Source: the human T2T-CHM13v2.0 reference genome, Homo sapiens. Taken from it: 64,000 nucleotides of DNA. Each line of letters opens with the position of its first letter. The stretch's first letter is position 1. Shown here one piece after another: positions 38,171 through 57,737 of this stretch. The DNA lies in the NCBI RefSeq assembly GCF_009914755.1, contig NC_060939.1; one strand, 5' to 3'. The notes below the pieces were generated by a model. It was not told the origin of the DNA. It worked only from the letters and a program-made list of their open reading frames with translations, and ran no database searches. The translations under genes were made by a program, and so were the position numbers.

Positions 38171-38922
38171 GTATGTGGGCAGGGAACTGCATGTTTATAG
38201 GAAACAGGCCTAGGATGGAAGGAGTTAATAGATCTTGCTCTTCTTGAGTTTGATGACATTTGTTTCCAGTTAAATAGCATGAAAACCCATCTGAGAGCCA
38301 GCTGAGGGTGGATACAGTTCTGGGGAGTTAAAGACGAGTGGTCACAACAGGTCTTCCTCGGCAATCCGAGCCCAAAACTGAATCTGCCTCCATAAGACCA
38401 TTATGTGTCAGCTCTTTATTTATATGATTGATTCATCCAGTGGACTTTTAATTTCTTATGTCCAGATATTTTTTCAGTTCTTTTTTTCGTGATACAAGCA
38501 CCTTGTGGATTGCCTGTCATAGAACAGGTTCTCAATAAACTTTTATTGAAAAAAGATGTATAAGTAGATTGTCTTGAGTAATTTTGTGAATAACCTGACC
38601 AACTAAGCAGTAGAAGACAAATGATTTTAAAACAGAAAGAGACATAACTTTCAGTGGGATTCAGGTGATCTAGTCGGGTCTGGAAATGCGCAAGAGAGAA
38701 GGTCCCTGATGCAGTGTGCTGACATTGAAATGTGTAGTTGTGGACTAGATGGTTATGGTTTCAGAACTGTGTAAGTAAGGGGTAGATTCCAAATTAAATC
38801 AATATTAAAGAGTAGCAGAGAAGGAATTTCCAGATTCCAGCTGCATTGCTTGTTTCATTGGAAGTGGTGTTTCTCTTTTTTCTTTTTTTTCTTTCTTTTT
38901 TTTTTTTTTTTTTAAACCTCAG

Positions 38923-39037
38923 AAGATGACTTCCTGGGAACTCTTCTGGGAGTGAATGTTATCAGCAAATTCCCAAAACAACACCCCTTAGACAAAAAGC
39001 CTCCTCACCTATGCATTGCCTAGACCACCCACTAAAG
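38923..39037 (+). ncRNA. IPW: IPW internal exon (115 nt)
   Basis: About 40-nt poly(Y) + CTCAG acceptor; AAG|GTAAGA donor. Confidence 0.7.
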
Positions 39038-39719
39038 GTAAGATGTTAGTTAAAATAGTCCTTGCTTTCTGGGAGAAGCCATGTCTTAGTAGAAATTGAG
39101 CTGTTAATTTTCCGAATATTGATGATGTTTGATTACATTCTAATTGATTCTAAGATTTCATAATATGTTAAGAGATGCAGCTTTTCTTATATACCTTCGT
39201 GGCTTTTCTACATCTCAGTACATTTACTGTTAATATGAAGGATTTCCATAACTTCTCTCATCTAGTAAACTGAACTCCTTCATGGCTTGATCCATTGTGA
39301 TGCTAGAAAATTGTTGTACACAGAAGACACAGTAGCCTCTCCATAACTGTTAGACTGGAAGTTTGACAAACTGGTCTGAAATAACTGATCAAATCAATGA
39401 ATGACCTAGAGCTTTAAGAAACCAGATGGGAAGAGACAGACATGAAACCCAAGGTTGTTGATGGCTATTACTTTTGAGCCCAGCAAAAGGAGAAAAAGCA
39501 GCACCAATATCTGGCATCCTGGACATGAGGAAGTTTTAATGTCATTGTTTTGGCCTCATCATGGACCCAGGTGCTAGAAATGAGATTTTCTCTGTGTACT
39601 CTGGGTATATTTGTTCTAGCACAAGTAGGGGGAAGATTAAAGAGGAATTTCATACCCCCATGACTCCTTAGGAAATGTGTTTCTCACCTTTGCCACTTTT
39701 CCCCACTGTGTCCTTGCAG

Positions 39720-42700
39720 GTGATGGCCACAAAGAGGTGGATTTGTTGAGTTGGTGCCATTCCTTCTACTGCCAGCTTCACCAAAACAATGACACAGTCT
39801 TCCTTCCGCATGGAGACTCTTCTCTTTCCTGTGTTGCAGTGGATGCCTCCTGCAGATAAGAAATGCTTAACTGAGAAATGCTCATGTTGGGATATCATCG
39901 ATGAGACTTTAATTTGGGCATGGTGACTGTTTCCCTTGCTGCCACTTGACTCAATCCCAGGAGCCTCAGTAGAGGATATAATATTACACAAGATGCTCAA
40001 AATGGTGGAATTGCTCAGTGCTCCCATAAATATACATTTATAATTTTCATTTGCCACACGGTAAACTGAAAAATACAGACTATATTAAAAAGAAACTGCA
40101 TGATTTTTTTTCAAAAATTCAAAGCATATTTAAATAATATATAAATTAAATGCCCTCCTCTCTTCCAATTCTGTCCCTATAGTTTTCCTCTATTAAGTGA
40201 ACTACATGCATTCTTTTAGTGGATAGATGCACACAAACACACAAGCCATTATGGGGAAGGATCCACGTGTGTGGCCATATTGTAACACATTTTTCTGCAA
40301 ATCACCTCTTTCATTTAACAGCCCTTATTCAATGGCCTTTTTCTTTTTCAGTAGTACATACACATCTGTGTCATTTGTTGAATGACGACATGAATGTTTT
40401 GTAGATAAAATATAATTAAATGTTTTAAGCATTTCTCACTCATAGATATTTATGTTAGCACCAAATTTCTGTGCAATGAACCTCCCTATATATCAGTAAT
40501 TTTGCATTTGTCTATAATATCATAATAAATTACTTATAAGTTGAATTACTGGGATTAAGTATGTGCACACTTTATATTTATATTTTGAAAATTATTGCAA
40601 GATTGCCTTCAAAAATGTGGTTAACAACTTTATCTTCAAATGGCAATGAATGAGATTGCCAGCTTTCCTACAGCCTCACAATGGATTTTATAAATATTTA
40701 ACATTTTTGCCAATGTGATCACCCAAACTATTGTCTTAAATTGTATCTCTTTTGTTTTTGAGTTTGGTCATTTTTTCATGTTTATTAGCCATCTGTATTT
40801 TTTAATTTCTTCTTTATGTCCAATTTTGTGGGTGGGAGGAGGATTTAGTCTCTTCCTGATTTCGAAGAGCTCATTTACTATTTCGGGAAATAAGATTTGG
40901 ATTGTCAACCATTATAGCTATTTTTTACACACTTTTCAACTTTGTTTTTGTTATAAGAATGTGTATGATTGTTACATGTCCAAGTATAACCATGTTCGCT
41001 TTTATGGCTTCTGAGTTTCATGTCATTTTTGGAAAGATATATATATTGAGTCCATAAAACCCTTCACCTATGTTAAATTCTAATTCTTTTGTGTTTTTTT
41101 AATTCAAATTCTTAAATCATGAGAAATTTTTTTGTTTTGAAATCTTAAAGTTGCCAAGTTACTTGCCATTACTTGCGATTATTTGCCAATAATTGCCCAT
41201 TTATCTGTACCGCCATCTTGCGCATATGCTGTACTCTCATCTGTGACTGGCTCCATTTTTGTTCTGTGGATTTGTGTGTCTCTTCTTCTGCCTCCTGTCT
41301 CGTGTCTGCTCGTTGGAAGAAATTACAGTTTAGACTGCAATTTCATCAACTTTAATAAATCAATTGAGGGGAGAATTGGTTTTTAAAAATATTAAGTAAG
41401 TCTTCGTATCCAAGGACAAGGTATGTCTTTTCTTATTCAATAATTTTAATTACTGTTAATATTTTCACTGTGGTGATGGGAGTTTTTCTTTTAATTTATT
41501 TTCTTGTTCATTTTTTGTATCTAAAGTTTTTGTTTTGTTTTGTTTTGGGGGTAAGTTGTCACCTTACTGTTTCTTGTTGCTTTTCAGATTTTTTCAAAGT
41601 ATAGACTAAATCCTTCACAAATATTTAAAGTTTTTATTTTCCCCCTTCATATTGATCCTGATTTTAGTTATGTTGACAAAGTCCACAGACTGTTACTATC
41701 AGAACACTTGAACAGTTATGGAAATATTACCTACCCTTGATTTAATCAGAGTTTAATGGTATGCTTCTTTGGTTTGACTGGCACATTGTCGCTGGTCATT
41801 TCCTCCCAAAGACCACCAGAAAGAGCTATGATCAAGCAAAGCTGAGTTTGTTAAACTTACCTGCAGCAAGGGAAAACACCACCTTGATAGGGTTTAATAA
41901 TGTTTCAAAATCAAGAAATGAGGCTTTGGGGTCTGGGCAGGGAACTAATTAGAAATGGGCAAAATTTGTCATGCAATACCTTGTGGGAAAGTGAGATGAG
42001 GTTCTTAATGTGAGTATTGATGGTGAAATCATTTTCTAGGTGAGCTGTTTGCCTATATAAAGATGTTATCAATGACAGAAGAACTATTTGCCTAGATAAA
42101 CAAACTGAATTTATTTATTGGTTTACAGTTTTATCTTGCTGGGCAGGACTCTGCTGGGGGTGGTATCAGGTCTTATTCCCAATAGGTAAGTTATTTGGAT
42201 ATGGGTGGTCTTAATCATCAATGTGTAAAATGCTGATTTTAAGTGCGAAATACTTTGTCTACCATGTTAGGAAAGTCTGCCACCTTTTATCTTTTTTAAG
42301 GAATTTTAATCAAAACCAGGTGGTAGATATAATCAAATTGTTTTGCAGAATCAATTTTCCTGTTCTCTTTAAAGACTTTTATCACTGTGAATTAATTTAC
42401 TATTATTGCAACTTCCTTTAATTCCTTGAATGAACAGACCCTACTGGTTTTAAAAATGTTTTATTCTTTTAATTTACTACTTAATTGTGGGTATTTTAAT
42501 TTGATTTGGAATTTTTACAAGTATACAACTAAGTGAAATTGATCTGTGATTTTTCTTTTTTGTGCTATTTTTGTCATGTTTTGATATCAGATATTCTGGT
42601 TGTGTTAAAATAATTTTGAGGATTTTCTTCTTATACTGTGTTCTAGAGTGGGTAAAAAAGCCCTAGTCTCACTATCAGTGTTTAAGTGAACACATCAGTG

Positions 42701-43135
42701 ACATCATCTGGACTCTCCTTTGTTTTTGCTGGTTTGGAGTTAGGACATCTAGAAGTTTTTTTCTTTTTTTCCTTTTTTTGTATGGTTATTGCTTGTTCTT
42801 TGTTTTGTGTCAAATTTAACCTGTTTTCTCTTAGCAAATCACAGCTCATGCAGATTTTCAAACACATTAGCCTTGTTATACAAAGTGTTCTTTCATCATT
42901 CTATTAAATTTCCATTTTCATTCCAGTTATAGTTATTTCTGCTGTGCCTTTGTTAATGAATAAGTTTAAACAGTGGATGTTTAGCATCACTAGCCTTCCC
43001 CTTCCATCTCCCTTAATCAGGACCTTGGTATAATTTATCAGGTATTTTTTAAGGTTCTAATTTACTTATATATATTGTTTCTGTATTCTTTTGTTTCTTT
43101 TCTTAATAAATTCTTAAACCTGTGTAACACATTCA
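39720..43135 (+). ncRNA. IPW: IPW terminal exon
   Basis: Acceptor CCTTGCAG|G at 39718-39719; AATAAA at 43105; the end coordinate is approximate. Confidence 0.6.
43105..43110 (+). terminator. Polyadenylation signal (IPW end candidate)
   Basis: AATAAA with a U-rich upstream tract and TTGTTCTTG about 33 nt downstream. Confidence 0.55.
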
Positions 43136-43529
43136 TATTCACTTGTTCTTGGCAATGAAAGATTTACCCTGCTGTGCATTTTATAAAACTTGTCATTATG
43201 AACACATTGTAAACATACAGTGTATGAAGAGAAGAAAACAGTGAACTAGCACATACAAGGAACTGGAACTGGTTCCATCATTATCAGTATTTTGCCATAT
43301 TTACTTTGTGTTTATTTTAAGTATTTTCAAATAAGCTAGAGAAATCTTAACGCTTCTTATTCTCCCATAAACATTTTTACAATTTTATTTTTGAATGTGT
43401 ATGTATACACATTCGTATGCTTTTATATTGTTCTGTAACTTTCTTTTATATCATGTAATATATAAATATTTTAATATTTCTATCTGATTATTACATATCC
43501 ATAGATGTGAAGCTTCCCTATTTTTAATA

Positions 43530-48420
<4,891 letters not shown>

Positions 48421-48425
48421 TAGTA

Positions 48426-50957
48426 CACTTGACCCTTGAACAACAGACATGGAGATTAGGGGTTCAGACTCCCCCATAGTTGACAATCTGTGGACAATTG
48501 TTTGCTCTCCAGAAACTTAACTACGAATAGCCTACTGTTGACTGAAAGCCTTACAGATAACATAACTAGTCAATTAACACATATTTTATGTTATATGTAT
48601 TACATACTATTTTATTAACAATAAAGTGAATGAGAGATAAAATGTTATTACGAGACATAAGGAAGAGAAAATATATTTACTATTCGTTACGTGAAAGTAG
48701 ATGATCATAAAGGTCTTCATTCTCATTTTTATGTTGAATAGGCTGAGGAGGAGGAAGAAGAGGAGGGGTTGTTCTTACTGTATCGGGGTGGCAGAAGCAG
48801 TACACTTGGTGTAACTGTATGGAAATATAGTTTCTAGCTTTTTTGATTTTTCATTTCTCTAAAAATGTTTCTATATGGTACAGTCCTTCTTCCACTGTTT
48901 ACTTATTTGTAGTACCCACATCATAGAAGGAGCCATATTGTAAAGAAGTCAAATGCAGACTTAAATAATTAGAAACCTTCTGCCAGCGTGTTTTTCTGGC
49001 ACTCCTTCTGTGTCGTCTTCCTTATCGTCTGGTACTGGTTCAGAAGCACTTGTCTCCATCACGTCATCTTCTGTTAATTCCTCTAGTGTGTTATCTATTA
49101 GCTCTTGAATTTCTCCAAGGTGTATATCTTGAAAGCCTTCACTCACCACCCTTTTTTCCGTGTTCATGATCTCTTTCGTGATTTCCTTGGTTGGCTGTAT
49201 TGTAAATCCTGTCAAGTCATGCACAACATCTGGACACAGTTTCCTCCAGCAGGGGAGTGTGTTGTGTTGGGCTTGATGCTTTCACAGCTTTTTGTGTAAC
49301 GATGGCATCTTCAGTGCTGTGATCCTTCCAGACTTTCATGATGTTCTATCAGGGTTCTCTTGCATAGTGTTAGATAATCCTTTCCATAAAGTACTGTGTG
49401 TAATGAGCCTTAATGGTCCTTATGACTCCCTGATCTAGAGGATGATTTAGAGATGTTATGTCTGGGGGCAAATAGACCACTTTGACACCTTCAGTATTGA
49501 ACTCATGGGGTCAGGGACATTGTCCAATCAAAAAAAAAAAACTTTAAAAGGCACTCACTTACTGCAAGGTACTTCTTGACATCAGGGTCAAAACATCAAT
49601 GAAACCAATACAGAAAAAAAGACTTCTTATTGTCCAGGCCTTTTTGTTTTACAATCAAAAGACCGGCAGCTGGTGTTTTAACTTTTCCCTTCGAGGCTCA
49701 GGAGTTAGCTGCTTTATAGATAAGGTCAGTCCTGATCATAAACCCAATTACATTTGCACAAAACAGTAGAATTAGCCCATCCCTTCCTGCCTTAAATCCT
49801 GGTGCTCACTTCTGTTCCTTACTAATAAATGTCCTTTCTGGCATTTTTTTTTTTTCAGAGTAGGGCACTTTCGTCAGTTTAAAAACCTGTTCAGGCAGAT
49901 ATCCTTTCTCCTCAATGATTTTCTTAATGGCATCTGGGAACTGCTTCTCCTGCTTGACTGTTTTTAAGCCAGACTTCTTTCTAAAATTATCAAACCATCC
50001 TTTGCTGGCATTAAATTCTCCAGATTTAGAACCTTCACCTTCCTTTTGCTTAGGATCATCTTGCACCCTAGAGGTATGCCTTACAGCAATCCTGTACCCG
50101 CAGAAAAGATGCATTTTCAATAGATAGATACTTTGCAAAAGTGCAAGGTTTTCACAGTGTTGGTACAGCTGCAACAATGGCTTCATGAATTTCCTTTTTT
50201 TTTTTTTTTTTTTAACAATTGTCCTCACACTGGATTTACTTATCTTGAAATGGCAAGTAGCCCCTGCTGGAGACCTCAATCTGTGGTACCTTTTAAGCAA
50301 TTAAACGTTTTCTTGTAATGTCATGACTTTCCTCTGCTTCTTAGGAGTACTTCCAGTATCACCAGTGGCACTTCATATGGGTCCCATGGTGTTAAGGTTT
50401 ATGGTATTACACAAGACACTATGAAAAGTAATATGAGAACTGTGAAAGCTTTTGTTTTGCTGCCACATGCAATTTACTGGAGGGAGAAACTGTTTCCTGG
50501 CATGATTTCGGGTCACATGGCACTTTAAGCAGATACAATTGAGCTCCCCACTGTAGCAAAAGGAGGTGGCTACAAAATTATTACAATAATACTGGGTGTA
50601 CTACAGCTAATTTTATGCAGTTAGGATTTAATACCACATATTTACATTTCTCTCAACTGCAAATGGCACCATGTAGGATCTGTGAGTATGTGTGAGTAGG
50701 TTTTGATAAATTTTAACTTTTTATAATTTGTGTATATTTTATGGTAATAAATGATAAAAATAGGCTAGTATCTACATCTATTTTATGCATTCATGACATA
50801 CCTTTTTCTTAATTTTTTTGGTATTTCTGGACTACGCAGTTGAGTTTTTTCAAATTGTCACAAATTTCCAAAAATGTATCCAATGTATTTATTGAAAAAA
50901 GTCTTCATATAAATAGATCATATGCAGTTCAAACTTGTGCTGTTCAAAGGTCAAATT
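48426..50957 (-). mobile_element. Near full-length Tigger2-like (pogo/TcMar) DNA transposon with decayed transposase
   Basis: Terminal inverted repeats TA-CACTTGACCCTTGAAC ... GTTCAAAGGTCAAAT. Minus-strand ORF fragments 49806-50300 (FNASKGWFDNFRK, IIEEKGYLPEQVF) and 48961-49224 are Tigger transposase-like. Confidence 0.9.
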
Positions 50958-52469
50958 TCTTTGTGGAATGTTTGATAGAATTCATTAGTGAAATGATCTG
51001 GGCCTGGAGTTTCCTTCGTGATATTTTAATGAACAATTTCAGTTTATTTAATAATACAGGATTGAGAGTTTCTGTTTCATTTAATGGCAGCTTTAGTACT
51101 GTTTTTCAAAGAGTATAGTCCATTTTATCAGATTTGTCAAATTCAGTAGTATAAAGTTGCTCATGATAGTTCCTTATTACCCTTATACTGTCTGTAAGAT
51201 CTCACCTTTCCAATTCTGATATAGGTAATATTATTTTTTCTCAGGTTGGTCTTTTTTTTTTTTTTTTTTTTTAACTATCTTGTCATTTAAAAGAATCAAT
51301 CTTTGATTTGCTAATTTTCTCTTTATCTGTTTTTTATATTATTGATTTCTTTCCTTCATCTTACCTTGGTTTTAATATGCTCTTTTTTTTGGTAGCTTCT
51401 TAATCTTGAGACTATTAAGTCTTCTATTATGTACCTTACTTATTTTCTAATATAACCATTGAAGGCTATAAGCACTACATTGATAGATTCCACAAACTTT
51501 GATATATTGTTTTAATTACCATTTAATTCAATTATTTTCTTCCTTTGTGTTTTAATTTGATCTGTTATTTTTAAGTGGAGTATTTAATTTCCAAATATTT
51601 GGGGCTTTTCTGTGTAGTTTGTTACAACTTCTGTTTTAGTTTTGTTTTGGTTCTAAAAAGTTACTCTGATATTTCAGCTTTCCAAATTTATTGAGACTTA
51701 TGGTCTAGCATATGATCTGTCTTGACAAAAGTTTCACATGCACAGGAATATATATTTAAACTCAAGGTGTGCAGATTTTGTTCAGATAGATAGTGTCTAG
51801 ATTTTCTAGATTGTCAGTGAATTTTTACAATTGTTTTATAAGTTACAAAGAGAATAGTGTAAAAAATTTCTGCTGTGATTATGATTTTCTTTATCTTTAG
51901 TTCTCTCAGTTCTTCGTGTATTTGGAAATATCTTATTGTTTATACTTTTATGAACATCATGACTGTAATAAATTTTATCTTTTCCTAATTTGGCCTGTCT
52001 TACCTTATGTAATATTTCTGGTCTTGATGTCTGCTTCGTCTGATATCTGAATAATATTACCAGTTTTCTTGGGTTTGCAGTATGTCTGGTGTATCTTTTT
52101 CTGTTCTTTAAATCTGTCTTCATAGTGCTTCCATTATAGAGAGCATAGAGATGGATCTTTTTTGTCCAATTTAACCATCAGTGACTTTTAAGTCTTTGGG
52201 GTCTTAAGTCCCTTTGCATTAAACATACTAACGTGACTAGACTTAATGCCTACTATTTAGCTATTGTTTTTCCATTTGTCCCCTCTAGTTTGTTCCTCTC
52301 TGCCTGCTTTGCTTCGTTCTTTTGGGTTAATTGAATATTTTTAGTATCCTACATTAACTTCTCTGTTTACATTTCGGCTCCACCTCTGGGTATTTTGTAT
52401 GGGTTATAAAATGTACCCTTAATTTATGACAATCTGCTTAGAGTTAGTATTGTACACTTCTCATGAAGT

Positions 52470-52470
<1 letters not shown>
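50958..52470 (-). mobile_element. Ancient L1 continuing after the Tigger insertion
   Basis: TAGAATTCATTAGTGAAATGATCTGGGCCTGG and further ORF2-antisense sequence. Confidence 0.7.

Positions 52471-52474
<4 letters not shown>

Positions 52475-52518
<44 letters not shown>
52475..52518. repeat. (TA)n microsatellite joined to a 65-bp Alu fragment (52519-52583)
   Basis: Seen directly. Confidence 0.9.
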
Positions 52519-52524
<6 letters not shown>

Positions 52525-53154
52525 GGAGTCTCAATCTGTCACCCAGACTGGAGTGCGGGGGCATGATCTCAGCTCACTGCAACATTAGGTGGAACTGTAT
52601 TAACTCTAAAAGGACTGTGATAATTTAAAGATGTATATTATAACCATAGAATAATCACTAAAAAGTACAGAGAAATATAGCTAAAAAAGCAACAGCAGAA
52701 TTAAAATGTAATAGTAAAAATACTTGATTAAAAGAATACAGGAAAGAATGAAGAAAAGAACAAAGTAAACTGTATAGAAAACAGATGGCAAAATGGTAGA
52801 CCTAAACACAGTCATATTATAAATTACTTTAACGGTACACTTGTTTTTCATTGCTTTAATTGATCAAATGATAGGTAAAGTATTTTAAAGTCTCTTTGTA
52901 GTTTTCTTTAAATCTTAACATTTTGTGCAATGTTTGCTTTGTGAAGATTGATGCTATGATATTTACCAATCATTTAGAAGAGATATTGCTGGGTGTTTTG
53001 GTAAGTTTAGGTTACTTACATATCTTATATGATGAAATCAACATTTTTTATTTGATCAACTTAATAGAGGCATCCTGTTTGAAAGAAGAAAATAACAGAT
53101 CTACAAAATTCTGATTCATGTAATAAGTAACCATTATGATAATAAATGTTTTTA

Positions 53155-53560
<406 letters not shown>

Positions 53561-54569
53561 CTAAATGTGTTGTAATGGTATTAATTTGATATATAACATA
53601 TATGTAACATTTTATATATGTGCTCATATGATGATACTGATAATACCTCCCTCAAATTGCTCTTTTGAGTATTAAGAAAAGTTTATATAGAAAAACCAGT
53701 TTGGAAAGGTTTGGAACATAAGGCTACAGTGATGAGATGTTGAGAACAGCAGCAATAATAGTTGTCATTATAATATCTGATTAAGGCAATATTTGCACCC
53801 AGGTATACCTTGCTTCAGAACTGTGTGATTAACCATTATACCTTGAGGCTATTCATACCCTACCTTCACTTTGTTGGCATAATCTGAAGTTTTAAACCAT
53901 AATCACATATTGCATTTGCACAATTAAATTTTAAAATATATACAAATTACAGTCAAATTATTGCATTCATTTCATGACTATATTCTGTTTCCATCCATAA
54001 GTACCGTATGGTCAACAATAACATGTCAAAGAGAATTTTGTTGTCACCTCGTTTCATTGTACCATGTTCACACTGTTCTTTATCTCTTTTTTCCATTGGC
54101 AGTATTGTGTTCTCAAGAAGAATTATTCCAGAAGCACCCCTGAAATAATATATTTCCTTAATTTTGGTATTATTAGCCCTTCTTTGCTTTTCTCTATAAA
54201 TTGTCCTGATCAGTCACCTCTCTCAATTATATACAACACAAAGTAGCTTAAAGGAGAAAAAAAAGGAGATAAATAACCATGTTGGGTCTGGCGTCAGGCT
54301 TAATGGAGTCCAGTAGTCCAGAATTTAAAGACACATATGACCGTTTGCTCCCTTATCTCTTAGTTCTCCATTTCTTGGTTTGGCTTAAATCTTCAGTCAC
54401 TTTTTCTTTATGTGAATTTGCAAAGGGATCATTTGAAGCCCTAGATGCAATTATTACCTGCCTTGCAATCTTGGTAGGATGTGTCCTCCTTCCCTCCTCC
54501 TTGTCCATGTAAAAGTTGGTGGGTGAAGAGATGGACAAGGCTTGAGTCACTAAGACATTCACTGACCTG

Positions 54570-55266
54570 GGAATAACTCAGGATAGGTCTGGTCATATCC
54601 CCAATGGAGGCAATGTACCCTAATGAAAAGGTCAGGGTCACTGGTCTCATTGTCCAAGGTGTTATCTGAGCTCATGGTCTCACAACCAAGAAAATTAAGG
54701 AGTATGGACACAGGGTGAGGTTGGTTGGAGCAAAAGTTTAGTAAGCGAAAGAAGAAAGCTCTCTGCAGCAGAGAGGGGAGTCCAAGTGGATTGCCGTTTT
54801 TACAGTCATTCAAAAGCTTTTTTAAGAAACTCCTCTCATCTCTGTAGCACTTTGAGTAACTTCTCTTATCAGCAAAGCTGTCTGTACAACTCCCCTTATC
54901 TTATGCAGCTGTGGGTATGTCTCTAGGCAAGCACAAAGCGCCGCTTATTTTTGTTTGTGTAACTGAGGGTTTGTTTTAGGTAAGCCCCCTCCTTTCTGTG
55001 CAGGCTTCCAGGGAGCCCACCATGTACATATCTGAAAAGGGAAGGAAACTTTTTGCTGGGAGCTTGTTAATCATACAAAGAATAAAGGGCTTCCATGCCA
55101 GACTTTGCCTGCCTGCTTATCTATGGCTTATCTGTGCAGCTATAGCCTGAGTTTCCCCTGGCTGCTCTGTTTTTGCCTGTAGCTGTGATTTTTTCAGGCA
55201 GACAGCTTCTCTGAGGACTAGTCTCTTAGCTGTTTACTCAAGTAATTTTTCCTGTCCTTTTCCCTC
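54570..55266 (-). mobile_element. ERV1-type solo LTR (MER51-like)
   Basis: AAAGTTTAGTAAGCGAAAGAAGAAAGCTCTC...GAGGGGAGTCC motif and a ...TCCCTCA end; subfamily and left boundary uncertain. Confidence 0.65.
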
Positions 55267-57439
55267 ACTATGATTACCAGCTCCCCTAGGACTTCATGGT
55301 CTGGAATGAAATATTCCGTGGGAGTCAGGGAAAGGGAGTTTGTTGCAAACATGTCCAGGCCAGACACTTTATATAAAGTGTCAAAGTAAAGTACACTTAC
55401 ATAAAGTGTAAGTGCTGCCACCACCACTAGGGTGCCAGGTACTCTAACACAAGTCTTTATTCCCATAGATGTGAGTTAACATTTATACCACCAGCTCACA
55501 CTATCAAACAATCCCACGTACCCCAAATAAACACTGGTGCCTGGTGGGCAGCAACAAGCCCTCCTTCAAGGAAGGAGTTCATTTGTTGGTTTATCCAGCT
55601 GCTCCCGCTTTGCTTATGGAAGCGCTCCGTTTTCTAGGGGTCTTAGAAGCTGTAGCAGTGGTAGAAAGCCCCTTTTTTGTGGACTATTATGACTTAGGCT
55701 TTTATCAGAGCCTCAGAGAATTGCTGTTGTTTTGTTGGTTAGGCTTTAGGTTTCCAATCTGCATACACAATTCCTTTGAAGCACCAGGCTTCCAGGCAAT
55801 TTGGTTGAGGGAACTTATTGGGATATGAAATATTATCAGGCACCATTTCTAATCAATGTACCTAAGTTATGACTTCAGGTTTAGAGAAAAAAAAAATTTT
55901 TTTCCCTTGGCTTCAGGCTTCCTTCTGGAGGTGATAACCTCCTAAATGGACTGTCTTTAAGGGCCTGTGGCATGTGCCCTCCTTTCAGGAAACTAGTGTA
56001 TGCCTGGAGGCATTGGTAATGTCTTCTCTCATCTTACTGTGGCTTGGGAAGAATATGGCTATTGCAGATTTTCTAGTTTCATTACCACCTGACCTTCAGG
56101 CTCCTTACATGTTATAGGCAGAAAAGGTGCCTCCACAAAGTTGTGGGCTATTCTCTGCTTTCAGAAGGACAGCTGGAAATGGTACTTAATTCTTTGTAGC
56201 AGCACCATCATGAATAGCTGCCCACACCCATATACATCATTATCTTTTTTGGTGAAGACTCTAAGACTTCAGGCCATGATATCCACAAGGCTATGTTCAT
56301 GCACTACTTCGGTATAATCTCAAAATAATTGCCAGCTCCCCAGTGGAACGCCTGCCTTGGTCCATGTGGAATGTGGGCATATGGTAGGATTTCCTTGGAG
56401 GAACTAGAAGAGGAACATAAAGAATGTTAGGCATATAAATTATTGTTTCTTTTTCTTCTTGTTTCTTTCCACTGAGTTATGTGTGAGCCCCCACACCCAC
56501 CCTACCTTCCTGTCCTCTACCTTACTGATGCTATTTTCAGGCTGTTGTAGAATTGGGTGTGTAAAATTAAATTAGCCTTTCTCCTCTTAATATCTGTAAA
56601 ATGAACAAATTTGACAAAGAAACTACCTATCTGATATATAAGAAGGTTATTAGCCTGTACCACAAGTGAAAAAGTTTCATCCTGATATATCAAAATAGTA
56701 CCACTTGAAGGAAAACGTTGGGGCCATCTGTTTCTCTCATTGTAGTTAGAGTACAGATTTTTAAAATATGAGCCTCAGGCATAAAAATGCAGTATTAGCA
56801 ACTCAACTTGAAGAAGCAGTTACTAGTGTCCTGGGTGGGCCACAGGGAAAATAGTACCAACTGCCTGTTATATTTAACTGCAATTAAAAATGGCAGTGCT
56901 GGGTATCTTCTGTCTCTGGGTCATCTCCTAAAGATCCTGCAGAGGGAGCCATAGCTAGTGTAGAGGCCAGCCATAACTAGCCATGGCAAAGACCACAGGG
57001 AACGCTCTTCAACATGCTCTGCACTGATCCTCTACCCTGGTGTGGAGAAATGTCAGATTCATCACTAACAAGGTTAAAGGTGTAAATTGAGGGAAAAAAA
57101 TGAGAAAAGTTATCTTTCACATAAGACTTCAGAAAGAAATTGCGTCGTCAGGTTTGGAACTGGTTTGTAATTTCATCCAGTTATTTTCATTTTAATTACT
57201 GTCACTGTTTTCTTCATCCTTGATAAACTATGAGCTCTTTGAGATTGTCTTTTTCATATCCTGATGTCAGAGCTTCCTGTATTTTCTGATCATGGTATGT
57301 GCTAAGTAAATGCAATTTTTAGCATTTTGAATGGTTTATCAAATGATTGAAGGAGTGGGTAATAATATAGATTACATATACAGTCAGCCACATATGTGTA
57401 TGTATGTGTATTTGTGTGTGTGTGTGTATATGTATATAC

Positions 57440-57737
57440 TGTTGACCCTCCGTATCAATGGGTTTCACATTTGTGGATTCATCCAATCATGGATCAAAAA
57501 TATTCTTTAAAAATATGGTTGCATCTGTACTGAACAGGCACAAACTTTTTTTCTTATCATTATTCCCTAAACAATGCAGTATGACAACTATTTATCATAG
57601 CATTGACACTGCATTAGATATGATAAGTAATCTAGAGATTAAAGTATATAGGAGGATGCATGTGGATCATATGCAAATAATACACTACATCTTATATAAG
57701 GGACTTGAACATCCATGGAGTTTGGTATGTGGTGGGT
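57440..57737. mobile_element. MER2-like DNA transposon
   Basis: TA-CTGTTGACCCTCCGTATC...GGGACTTGAACATCCATGGA. Confidence 0.8.

Noticed and set aside
39668-40057. 129-aa minus-strand ORF in IPW
   Set aside because: Antisense to the host transcript, with no recognisable domain.
48961-50300. Transposase ORFs as a domesticated TIGD-type gene
   Set aside because: Fragmented by stops and frameshifts inside a TIR-bounded Tigger fossil.
53729-53781. GTGATGA...CTGA pair suggesting a novel C/D snoRNA
   Set aside because: Only about 52 nt, with no terminal stem or internal boxes; likely chance.
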